Source: the human T2T-CHM13v2.0 reference genome, Homo sapiens. Taken from it: DNA of 64,000 bases. A program made the position numbers and the translations under genes. Where the stretch lies: assembly GCF_009914755.1 (NCBI RefSeq), contig NC_060944.1; one strand, written 5' to 3'. The notes beneath the pieces are model-generated. The model was given only the letters and a program-made list of their open reading frames with translations. It had not been told where the DNA came from and searched no databases. Position 1 is the stretch's first letter, and each line of letters begins with the position of its first letter. Below are positions 41,159 through 52,530 of the stretch, piece after piece.

Positions 41159-41349
41159 GGGTTGCCAGATATAAAATAAACCCCAGGATGCCCAGGTGAA
41201 TGCTCATTTCAGACACATATTTTTTTTAGTATAAGTATGTCTCAAATATTCCATAAGACATGTTTCCACTAAAAAATTATTTGATGTTTACCTGAAATTC
41301 CAATTTCCCTGGGTGTCCTTTGTTTTCATTTGCTAAATCTAGCAGCCCT
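41159..41349. mobile_element. MER53 palindromic hAT MITE (miR-1302 source family), inserted in an L2
   Basis: gggttgccagat...caggatgcccagg...tttagtataagtatgtctcaaatatt...actaaaaaattatt...ctgaaattc...ctgggtgtcc...tttgctaaatctagcagccct; whole element is self-complementary. Confidence 0.88.
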
Positions 41350-42149
41350 GGCCCTGACCTCCCGATTGAAAGCAACCTCAGGCAGAGTCACTCTTTACCA
41401 CATCTGCATTTTATGTTCTTCACAGTCTGCACTGGCATCTGAAATGACCTCATTTGTTAAATTACCCTCTGTTTCTCCCACCTACGAGCCGCGTGGCAGC
41501 ACGGAGCAAGTCTGTCTTACTTAGTACAGCATCCCCAGGGTCTAGTGCAGAGCCTGGCACACAGGAGATGCTTACTATGTATTTCAGGAGACCTCATCAC
41601 ATAAGAGTAAAAAACACAGACTCTACAGCCTGACTGTGTCAGCTCAAATCCTGGCTCTGATGCTTCCTAGCTCTGTAAGCTTGCCCTATAACTTAATCTC
41701 TCTGGGCCTTGGTTTCCTCATCTGTAAAATGGGTACAATAATAGTAACCACCTTTAAAGAGTGTTGTGAAGTTTTAATGAATGCATATCTGTAAGGCACA
41801 GAGAACAGGACCCAGCACAAAGAAAATGTCCACTCGGTGCTAGTTTATGATAAACTCAGTAGTTAGTGGTTGGGTTTTGGGGAAAGGGGGTGAGGGACTC
41901 TTCCCCCATCTGATCAGTTAGGTGACACTAGCGGGCTGGACTGTGGGCCAGGGCCCCTTCCTCTCCTGGAGAGCCTGTCTGCAAGAGCTCTGTTCCCGAT
42001 TAGCATCTCACCAGCCCAGATGCTGCCATGGCCATGGGAAAATGTTTCCAAGCAGGGAGTAAATGGAGTAAACAAGCCTGGGAAGGAGAGTGGACCCAGC
42101 ACCTCTTTCCTTTGGGGCTGCAGTGGATGCCATGGTGCACTCCTCAAAT

Positions 42150-42495
42150 GCCTGTCACAGAGACAGAGACACCCCTTACCCCAGGTGCTGGGAGTGCTGG
42201 CTGACAATGACCCTCAGCTAAGGCCCTCTCCTAGAGCTGCCTTCAGCCTAAGAGGGCCACCTGTCTGAGGCGGTACACCCACTCCTGAGGACAGCCCACT
42301 GGGCAACAAGGGTGCAAAGGCCTTGCCCACTTGCTGCAATTGTGCATAATCTGAAGAGCTATCCTAGTTCCAGAGTTCCTTCCAGATGGGACTATCAGTG
42401 GCTGGGGTGGAGCCTCTGCAACCTCTCCTTTAGCTGCTTCCAAGGGCCCACCTGTGTGCAAATCGCCAGCTTCCAGAAACCCAACCTACAGAGGT
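42150..42495. mobile_element. LTR16-like ERVL LTR remnant
   Basis: ccaggtgctgggagtgctggctgacaatgaccctcagct...ggacagcccac...agaaacccaaccta. Confidence 0.5.
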
Positions 42496-42880
42496 GTGGC
42501 CTTTAAAACTCCTGAGACAGACTGACTCAACCTATCCTCCGTGAGCAGGCAGGAAGAGGCGTGATAATTTTAATTTTTAATTAAAAAGATGATTTTAAAT
42601 TAAAAAACACTGTATCACACACTGAGAACGCTGGCTCCTTTTTCAATAGGTCCAGTTAGCTCAAGGAGGGTCTTAGCTGGTGTGATGTAAGCAGCCTCAG
42701 GCTGAAAGGCTCAAGTAGTTAAGAGTTTCTAGATAGAATGCGGTAATACCGTTTGGTTTCTACTGCATTTATTTTGACAATTACCTTCTATTTATAGCAC
42801 TCATTTTCTATTTTCAATGATGATGCAAATTTCTCTTTTTAAATAAGTTCACTGAAGTTTTGTTAAGTGAATCAATTTTT

Positions 42881-42976
42881 TTTTTTTTTGAGACGGAGTC
42901 TCACACTGTTGCAGGGGCTGGTGTGCAGTGGCACAATCTCGACTCACTGCAACCTCTGCCTCCCGGGTTCAAACGA
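42881..42976 (-). mobile_element. 5'-truncated Alu (only the last ~85 bp plus poly(A))
   Basis: Perfect TSD taagtgaatcaattttt at 42864-42880 and 42977-42993. Confidence 0.92.
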
Positions 42977-43094
42977 TAAGTGAATCAATTTTTTAAAGCA
43001 TTAAACAAATAATAATACAAAGAATACTCAGATATAGCAAAAATTACAAACTTAGCGTGTGAGCTGAACTGAAGAACACTGGCTTAGCCCTTAG

Positions 43095-43394
<300 letters not shown>

Positions 43395-45853
43395 TGAACT
43401 ATTTCTGATGCAGAGACAGAGCAGTGAACATGACAGAGTCCCTGTCCTCATGTTGTTTATATTCTAGGGAGAGACAGACAATAAGCAAAAAGGGGCAAAA
43501 GATCCGATGTGTCAAAGGGTGATGCGGACTGTTCTGTTGAGAATGACAGAGTAGGGGAGGGGCGCGGAAGGGCAGGAGTGCAGCAACTTAAACAGGAGGG
43601 CATGGAGGCCTTTGCGGAGAAGATGGCATTTCCAAAAAGCTTTCAAGGCAAGAAGGGAGAGAGCCGCAGGGATGTCTGAGGGAACTGGTCCAGCAGAGGA
43701 AGCGGCCTGGGGTGAGAATGGGCTTGCCATGTTCTGGAACAGCGAGGAGATCCGTGTGGCTAGAGCCAGGGGAGCGAGTTCCGAGGAACGAACAGGGCCT
43801 GGCGGGCTGTGGGGATTTTATTCCAATGAGGCAGGAACCTTTGGAGGGTGCTGGGAGAGGGGTTGAAGAGATCTGATTGATGTTTCCAGCAGGTCTCTCT
43901 GTTGGCTCAGGGGAGAACCAATCTCCAAAATACTTCATCTCTGTCAAAGCCTCCGACATTCATCCTTGTGCCCGGGCATCACAGCAGCTTTGTGAGGCTG
44001 GAAGGACGGGAGCCCTGCTGAGGTGCAGGGGGGCTCATGATAGATCGCCTGGAATGGGGCTCAGTGATCCCAGGTCTGGGCACCCTGCACAAAGTCACAC
44101 TCCAGAGAAGCCTGGGAGGTGCCAGAAAGCGCTGGATCACGTGAACAGATGCGCACATTACCCAAGTGAGAAACAATTCCTGAGCACTTATTATGTGCCA
44201 GGTTCTACCAACGTCATTCATTCTCTCAACCACCCTAGAAGGTGAGTTTTGTGATACCCACTTTACAGATGAGAAAACTGAGGCACAGAGAGGTAAGGTC
44301 ATTCTCCCAGGATCCCAGAGCAAGGAAGTAGCAGAGCTAGGATGCAAAGTCGAGCAGCTGGGCTCTAAAATGCTTGATCTCCCAGGCCCAGGGAGGATGC
44401 CAGGAAGGCCCCAGCACAGAACAACTTCCCACAAAGGCCTAAACATCCACCCTCCACACGTCATGACTCTGATGGTAAGTGCAGCCTTCACCAGGTGCCT
44501 AGTTTGATGAGGCTACATGAGGAGGGTCCCAGGTAGCAGAAGAGAGGACACGGAAAAGAGGTTGCTTCATGCACACTGAACTCCCCGTCCCCAGCCCCCC
44601 AGCCCTCCGCTGCATCTCTGAGCAAGTCAGGAATCCTGCAGAAAGAGAGAGGTGAGAATAGCCCCGCTGTGTCCTCAGGGTCCAGGGCTCCTCACTGACA
44701 AGCGAGTTAAACCCACTTCCCCACAGCCTCTGGGGCTCAGACAGAGAAGCCAAAGGAATGAGGGGGGCCAGGGCTTTTGGCAAACTGGACAGTGCACCTT
44801 GAGGACCCTTTCTCCCACTTTTGCTAAGTATAGGCAATCCTAAGCAAGCTCGGATCATGACATCACAGCCAACCCCAAGCCCACCCCCTCCAGGAAGCAG
44901 GCCGGAGTAACACTCACAGCTGACACGCGGCATTAGCTTGGTGCTGAGCCAGGTCATTCATCCTCATGACAGCCCCCTGCAGCAGGAATTGTCGTTACCC
45001 CCACTTTACAGAGTTGGAGACTGAGGCCCTGAGAGGTGAAAGGACTTGCCCAAGGTCACTGGGCTGGCGAGCAGTAGAACAGGGATTTGAACGTTGGCTG
45101 TTGGCTCCAGAGAAAAAGCACTTCCTGTCTCCTCTGAACCCAAAGGAAAGACTGTCCCTCCCATCCTTTTCATCTTCCTATTCAAACACCTTTACTGCAC
45201 ACTGTGGCCACTTGCCCCTTCTCACCATCTCCACTGCTACCATGCTGGTCCGAGGCACCGTCATCTCACTTGGTGGGGTAACCTCTTAGATGTCTCCCGG
45301 CTTCCAGTTCTCCCTCCACAGCTACTCCCCCTCACAGCAGCCAAAGGGCCTGTGGACCACTTCCCTCCTCTGCTCAATGCCCTCCGCTAGCACCCAGCCC
45401 ACCTGCGCCCCATTGTGCTCTTATTTGTCCAATTCCAAAGATGGAGGAGCGTCCGCTATGTGAATAGGAAGATAACGTCGACATTTATTGAGCACTTACT
45501 GTGCCAGGAGCTGCACTGAGCAGGCTCCTTGTATTATCTTGCTTAATCCTCACAATGTCCTGGATTTATCCCGTTTATGGGTAAAAGGACAATGAGGCAC
45601 AGACAAGATCAGTCAACTTGCTGAGAGGACCACAGTTCATGAGTGGCTCAGCAGCCTGGCCAGAAGCTCTCCTTGCCCTCACTTTCACGTAGAGAGTGGC
45701 TGGCCCTTGGCTGAATGACTGCATCTTGGGGTAGTCTGCACGCCTGATCGCACATGAGACTTGCCCCCCATTGCCCTCTGAGGGCAAAGTCACACAGCTC
45801 CATCATCTTAGGCTCTAGCCACTCAGATGTGATCCCTTGGAGAAGTGAGTTAG

Positions 45854-45895
<42 letters not shown>
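45854..45895. repeat. (TGA)14 microsatellite
   Basis: Direct reading; uninterrupted. Confidence 0.97.
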
Positions 45896-45921
45896 GTTAA
45901 CAGTGGCCGAGTGCTGATACA

Positions 45922-46135
45922 CCAAACTTTCTCCACCTTGGCACCACTGACATTTGAGGTCAGATGATTCTCTGTTGTCGGGGCTGTCATGTGCATTATA
46001 GGATGTTTGGTGGCATCCCTGGCCTCTACTTACTAGAAACCAGTAGCACTCTAGAGCTGGGACAACCAAAAATGTGTCTGGACATTGCCCATTGTCCCCT
46101 GGGGGCCAGAATCACCCCAGCTGAGAAGCTCTGCT
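45922..46135. mobile_element. MER20 hAT element
   Basis: ccttggcaccactgacatttg...ggctgtcatgtgcattataggatgtttggtggcatccctggcctctac...gacaaccaaaaatgtgtctggacattgcc. Confidence 0.85.
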
Positions 46136-46884
46136 CTAGACTCTCTACCCGATTGCTTTACCTCTGAGTCTGGCCATCAACCTTAGGAGGTATACGGAAT
46201 TGTCCCTACTTTGCAATTACAGGAGGAAATAGAGGCTCAGAGAGGCAAAGGAGTTTGGCTCACATCTCGTGCCCGTGAGGCTAGCTTGGGTTCTTCTGTC
46301 TGTGAGGGGGGTCCCAGGTAGTACAGAAAAAGAGGGTATGGAAAAGCAGTTGCCTTCCTTCTTCCAGCCTACCACCCACAATTCCAAATGCGTTAGTAAT
46401 CTTGCAGGAAGAGAGAGGCTATTGCAACAAGCGTCAGCCTCTCTGACCAACAGCCCAACGGGGCACCCCAGGATCAGACACCCTTACTGTCCAGTGGGTG
46501 CCTGAGCCGGGACTCAAACCCAGGTCTGTCTGATGCCAAGTCCATCTCTTCTTGGCCACTAGCTACCTCTGATGGTCACTGTGGCAGAGGGGCCCCGCCA
46601 GGCCAGGAGGTCGCAGGACTCCAGGACACATGCATTCAGTGAGGGCCCACCCTCTATGTGGAGCTGAGGGAAAGGAGAGTCACTAAAAATGCCCACAGCC
46701 TGCTGGGCCTGACCTACTTCCCATAGTTCCAGGGATGCAGACTGGGCCCACCTGCCCACCTTGCTACCCCATCTCCCAGACAGGCCTACAGAGGAAGCTG
46801 GTGAAGGCGGATGGGGCAGGGACCCAGGGAGAAGCCCACTTCTCAAAAACTAGAGTCCACCAGGGGCAGTGGCATGGTACTCAC

Positions 46885-47007
46885 GAATTTTAAGAAAACA
46901 TTCCCAAGTTCATGCTGAGACTGCGGCTCCGGGTGTAAACAATACTCCAAGGCGGCCAAGAAATCCTTATGAACTTCCAGGATGTCTTCGATGTTCGAGA
47001 ACAGGAC
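46885..47007 (-). CDS. PREX1: PREX1 exon 3 (123 nt, [41 protein letters not shown], aa ~98-138)
   Basis: Acceptor ttttcctcacag|GTC; donor TTC|gtgagt; classic DH motif LFSNIEDI; overlaps ORF 46843..47070. Confidence 0.98.
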
Positions 47008-47632
47008 CTGTGAGGAAAAGAGAGGCCAGAGGACAGCGTTAAGGCTCAGAGGGAGAGCAAAGCCAAGCACTGAAAAAATACAAACCTCGGTGCGGGTGAC
47101 ATTGTAGTCAAAGAAGAACTCTCAAACACCGGAACTGGTTTACCACTAATAGAAATCTTTGTAATAACAGAAATATTACCAATATTTATTTACTATAATC
47201 GGAATTAGTGACTAATCGTGTGTTAAGAACTTTATACGCATTCATAGAATCTAATCCCCACTGTAAATCTGTGAGATAGAAACTATTGTTATGCCCAATT
47301 TACAGATGAAGAACCAAGGCTCAGATAAAATAATATTCCCAAGGTCAAAGTCTTGCAAGCAGCTCCACATTTAGTATGCAGACATTCATCACAGTCAGAC
47401 ACAACTGCTGTGTCCAGCTACAGGACGATGTTGAAATTACAAGTATATTTCCATGCACTCATTAAAATGACGTGGTAGAAGAAAACACAATAAGGAAGGA
47501 GGTTAGAAATACGCTGTCTAAACTCTCACAAACAATATATGAGATACCCTGTTTCCCCACATCAATCTAAAAGTGTAAAACACTAATACAATTTGACCCA
47601 GCAATCCTACATTTTAGAATTTAACCTTCTGA

Positions 47633-47815
47633 TCAGTTGTTCCCAACAAGGGGCAATTTTACCCACCACCCCGCCACACACACAGGATATGCGGCAATTG
47701 TCAAGGGACATTTTTGGTTGTCACAAATTGGGAGGAAAAGGGGTGTTTCGTAGACAGAGGCCAGGGATGCTGTTAACCCTTCCTGCAATGTACAGGACAG
47801 ACCCCGCAATGAGCA
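47633..47815. mobile_element. MER20 hAT element (opposite orientation, partial)
   Basis: gacatttttggttgtcacaa...gaggccagggatgctg...gcaatgtacaggacag. Confidence 0.75.
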
Positions 47816-47859
47816 ATTATTATTATTACTTTGCCTCTCTGAGTCTTTTATGATTGTAT

Positions 47860-48182
47860 TTTTTAAATTATTATTATTATTTTCTTTTTTAGAGACGGAA
47901 TCTCGCTCTGTCGCCCAGGCTGGAGTGTGAAGTACAGTGGCACAAACTTGGCTCAGTGCAACCTCCGTCTCCAGGGTTCAAGCAATTCTCCTGCCTCAGC
48001 CTCCCGAGTAGCTGGGAATACAGATGCATGCCGCCATGCCTGGCTAACTTTTTTTGTATTTTAGTAGAGACAGGGTTTCACCGTGTTGCCCAGGCTGGTT
48101 TCGAACTCCTGAGCTCAGGCAATCTGCCTGCCTCAGCCTCCCAAAGTGCTAGGATTACAGGCGTGAGCCACCTCGCCTGGCC
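47860..48182 (-). mobile_element. Alu (AluS-type) with (ATT)n tail
   Basis: Reverse Alu; TSD atgattgtat at 47850-47859 and 48186-48195. Confidence 0.95.
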
Positions 48183-48204
48183 CTCATGATTGTATGTTTT
48201 TTAA

Positions 48205-48630
48205 GAATAGTTGTTAACAGCCAAAAACTGGAAATAACTAAAATATCCATCCACAGGAGAATGGGTAAGTAAACTGTGTTGCATTCCTACAATGGAACAC
48301 CACACAGCAATGAAAAAGAGTGAACCACAGCTACACACAACATCATGGGCAAATCCCAGAGGCAGGCAGGGACACGAAAGAGCTCACTTTAATGTAAATT
48401 TCAAGAACAGGCAAAACCAATCCATGGTACTAGGAACCAGGGATTACCTTTAGGGAGGGAGGACTGACTGAGGGGGGCCCAGAGTGGGCAGTTGGGGCTG
48501 GGAAATGCTCTCTGCCTTCATTTGGTTTCATGGTACACTGGTGCATTCGTACGTAGACACGCACTGCATTCAGCACTAAGGTTTGCACCCTTTACTGTAT
48601 GAGACTTCTACCTCATTAAAAAAAAGGTAA
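48205..48630 (+). mobile_element. L1MC/ME 3' UTR fragment
   Basis: aacagccaaaaactggaaataactaaatatccatccacaggagaatgggtaagtaaactgtg. Confidence 0.75.
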
Positions 48631-48799
48631 TTTTTTATAAACTGTAATAAGTCGCAGCTTAAAATTATAATAAATAATTTGTAAACTATAACAAACAGTG
48701 TAATAAATAAGTGGAATAAACAGGAGGTGCTCAGCCATATTTGCTGAATGAATGAGTGAATAAATGAATGCAGGCATAGAGTTTAGATCCCAGTGCATG

Positions 48800-48800
<1 letters not shown>

Positions 48801-48842
<42 letters not shown>
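48801..48842. repeat. (AC)21 microsatellite
   Basis: Direct reading; uninterrupted. Confidence 0.97.
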
Positions 48843-48844
<2 letters not shown>

Positions 48845-49639
48845 CACCCCCAGGAGGAGCCATGCAGAGACCTTGAGCAAGTCCTTGACATCTCTAAGAC
48901 TCAGCTTTCTTATGCAAATAATTCGGTGTAGAGCTGTCAACATGCAAGGCCACCGTCCAGATTAATCAGGGCGTTTGGGGGGAATGTCTTCTATGACCGA
49001 GTCCTTTGTGTGCTGTAAATACTGGGCACCTTGGACACCAGGACCCTCAGAGCCCCGAGGCCTGAAAGGCAGCTCAGAGAGTGAGGTCACACAGAAAGCC
49101 AGGCCTGGAGAGCCAGGCTGGGGCTGAGCCATGCACACAGAAGGCCTATTGATCTCCTCCTCAAACTCCCCAGAGCCATGGCCAAGGCCAAACTGGACCC
49201 AATTACTCATCAGCCCTGCCTGGACACTGGATGCCCAGGGCGGGAGCGGGGGCCGGGACTGCCAGGAGAGGGACTGGAGGTGCCAGGCTCCCGGGGGCAC
49301 TTGGGAGAGGATTTTCCACTGGCTCCAAGCCAGAGGGCCTGACACGAGGAGCCCGGAAGACTGGGGGGTCACACTGAGCACAGAGGGAAAGTCTCGGGTT
49401 GGAAAGTGGGGCCCGGGGCTAAAAATTCCTGCTGACATCCACCAAGCACAGCTTGCTCACAGGACAAGAGGCCTCCAGGGGCTGAAGGGAGCAAGCTGGG
49501 GCAGGGCAAAGCTGGCGGCCAGCAGCCAGCGGGTGATGCGCCTCCCCCTGCATGCACACCCTCTGAGCATCGCACGGGAAGAGCAAGGCACAAAGCAACA
49601 CAGATGCTCTAGAACAGGGGCCAGCCCCAGCGTCCACAC

Positions 49640-49711
49640 CTTGACATTCTCCTCCGTGAGGCCCTTCTCCACTGAGTCGGCCACGTTCTGCCGGATGCGA
49701 TGCAGGAATGC
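49640..49711 (-). CDS. PREX1: PREX1 exon 2 (72 nt, [24 protein letters not shown], aa ~74-97, DH domain)
   Basis: Acceptor ctctcctccag|GCA, with a CTCAC branch-like motif and pyrimidine tract upstream; donor AAG|gtgtgg; translation matches P-Rex1. Confidence 0.97.
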
Positions 49712-51597
49712 CTGGAGGAGAGAAGCAGAGAGAGGTGAGTGTCCGTGTCTCCAGCTCTCCCATGGACGGCCCTACAGAAGGCTCTCAAGTTCAAATGCCA
49801 ACTAGGATCTGGGAGGTACCACGAGTCCAGGGACACAGGCAGAGGACGAGGAAAAACGTGCTCTGCTTACACCTTAAACACACTGGAGCAGCCCTCACTC
49901 CCACACGGTCACCAGGGGTGTGCTGTGCACCTACGACGCCAGGCCCTGCACTGGGCCCTGAAGATACAGCAGAGAAGATCTCAAAGCCCCTGCCTTCGAG
50001 GAACCTTTGGCCCAAAAAGATACACACCTGCTTCCTCACCCAGGGGCGCCTCTCAGACTCTAATTCATTTCCCCTGTCAATTTTTTTTTTACTTTGCTTT
50101 ACAATTTAACCTCTGAGTAATAACACAGTCACATGGCTCAAAAGTCAAAAATAAAAATGGCAAAAACAGAGAAAGTCTCTCTCCTTACCCCAGCCCCAAA
50201 CCATCTAGTCCCTCCCCAACCCCTACAGGAACCCCAGCTACTAGTTTCTTGGGTATTCTTCCAAAAAATCTATGCAAAAACAAACACACACACATACACA
50301 TCTATTCCTTTTTTTTTTTAACCTCTTTACACACCAAAAAATAGCAACGTATACTGGATGACCCGCACCTGGATTTTCTACTTAATATAGCTCAGAGATC
50401 CTTCCAGATCATCTCACAAGAAGCTTCCTTGCAGATGCCAGGAATGTACTGTTTGAATGGACCATGGTCCTTCTACCACCCTTTCAGGGGCTTGGAACAG
50501 ACAAATCACGTCTCTCCTCTGTGAGACGCAGTAGATGAGTGTGACGACACCAGGGCAGGAGTGACAGGGGCTGCGGGAGCCGAGGGTGCACCATTCATGT
50601 GGGGTCACGTGGGGAGGCCGCAGGCCCAGGACCACCAGAGGTTCGGATTTGGGTGTTGTTGTGGTTTTTAATGAAGCCAGAAATTAGAATTTTTTTTCAA
50701 AAGAAAAGTCTCCCAGTTTTGAAGTGTTGGTGAAAAAGCCCTCTGTTATTGCAAGGAACTGGATTTTAGGGGTTGTGAGTAAAAGTGGGGGGACCAGGGC
50801 AGTAGGGTGCAATGGTGCCAACAAGAGATGACGGTGGCCTGGCACCAGGTGGTGTGGGTAGAAAAGTGGCAGAAAGAAGAGCTGCCGAGGGGTCACACGT
50901 ATGGGCTGAGAGAGTCACAGGGATAAATGTTGGGGAAAGGAGAGACAGCAGAGTCAGCACCTAAGGGAGACCGAGGCCCAGCACCCACAGCCACCTCCGC
51001 CTGGTTTGCCCGAACTCCAGGATGTGGGATCTGGCTGTAGGCTAACCTGGAAGCAGCCACATGGAGACCCCTGGGAAAAGGAATTCATGGTGCTGTCATA
51101 GCCACAGGGCCACGGGGAGCTGTGGGGCCTATCAGTCACCTGCCCTGCCAAGATGGATGACAGATTGGGGGTCCACACGGGGGCTGCTCCAGGTGAGCAC
51201 ATGGTCTCCCTGTCACAGAGCCCAGGTGCAGGCTGATTAAGACATGGGCTGCAGGGGCCTGTCTCATCCCACCACGCTTGTCTAGGGAGATCTCTGAGTG
51301 CAGGAGAGATGGCGGGGACAGCCCAAGATAGTGCTGGGGTCAGGGGAAGCGGAGCAGGTAAGCAGAGAGGAGGCTAGCCCTCTGCACAAGGCTGTCAGAT
51401 CCTTTCCATCACCCAGAGACACGACACGTCCATGCCTGCCCCCGGGAGCCCGGCCACCTGCCCAGACTCAAGCCTCTTGGGAGGGGGCGCAATGACAGTC
51501 CACATGGCGAGTCACAGAGGAAGGCAAGACACAGGAAGCAGCTTCGTCTCTGTCCACACAGAGTGCAGAGCCATCTCAGCCAGTCTTGGGGCTTTAA

Positions 51598-51729
51598 CCC
51601 ATTTATGCCTAGTGTTCCATTACTGGAACGCTAAGCTTGTGGGAGTTACTTATATCCTACTCTTCAAGGTCATTGCCAAGGTCTGATTTTTTATTAAAAA
51701 AAAAAATTGCAACCTCCAGCATAAATGGG
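51598..51729 (+). mobile_element. MER85, non-autonomous piggyBac (PGBD3-derived) MITE, complete
   Basis: TTAA TSDs at 51594-51597 and 51730-51733; TIRs cccatttatgc / gcataaatggg; internal palindrome gttccattactggaac at 51614-51629; 132 bp. Confidence 0.93.
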
Positions 51730-51733
51730 TTAA

Positions 51734-52530
51734 ATCCCCTTTTTTTATGACCCCCATGTTTATATCCCCAGCCTGGACTTCTCCCCTGAAACCCCCAGAC
51801 TCTTATCTCCAGCTGCAGATTCAGTGTCTCCACCTGGATGTCCAAACTCAGCCTGTCCAACACTTAATTAATGACCTTTCCCAAACTCACACCGAGCTCT
51901 TCCCCCACTTAATGGCACCTCTGTCTTTCAAGGGCTCTAGCCAAAACCCACTAGCCATCCTCAGCCCCTCTCCTCTGACACTCCATTTCCAATACATCAG
52001 CAAATGTTACCAGCTTTACCTGAATACTACAACCACTGGTCCCCATCTCCACAGCCACCACCCCCCGAGTCCAAGCCATCATCATCTCCTGCCTGGACTA
52101 ACACAGCCATTTCCCTCCTGGTCCCCTTCACCCTCCCAAAAGTCTGTTCTCTACACACACAGCCAGGGAGATCCCTTTAAATATGTACAGGAGATCAGTC
52201 AATCCATGCCTTTAAAATCTCCATGGCTTCCCACTGCACTTAAAATCCAAATCTTTCCATGGTCCCCATGATCTTGTCCTTGTTAATCTCTCTGATCTCA
52301 TCTTCCAGTACTTCATCCTCCCACACACCTCAATATAAATAATCTTCAGCCACACTCTCATTCTAGATTCTATCCACCTGCCAAATACACTCCTGCCTCA
52401 GGACCTTTGCATATGCTGTTCCTGCTTGCAAGATGTTCTCCCCCATTCTGCCCTGAGCAGCCTCCTCATCCATCCGGCCTTAGTTCAAATGTCACCTCCG
52501 CCAAGAGGCCCTCCTCTTCTTAATGCAAAC
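51734..52530 (+). mobile_element. L2 LINE fragment hosting MER85 at its left end
   Basis: tttatatccccagcctggacttctccc...ccacctggatgtcc...ctcctgcctcaggacctttgca. Confidence 0.75.

Noticed and set aside
49131-49805. 224-aa + strand ORF overlapping exon 2
   Set aside because: Antisense shadow in GC-rich sequence; no family resemblance, promoter or poly(A) support
50036-50052. CTCF-like motifs (cacccaggggcgcc; also ~45377, ~50841, ~51478)
   Set aside because: Each has several mismatches in the core; cannot be supported without ChIP data
51594-51733. Short element with terminal stem, first considered as a snoRNA or other ncRNA
   Set aside because: TTAA TSDs, TIRs and internal palindrome identify it as MER85
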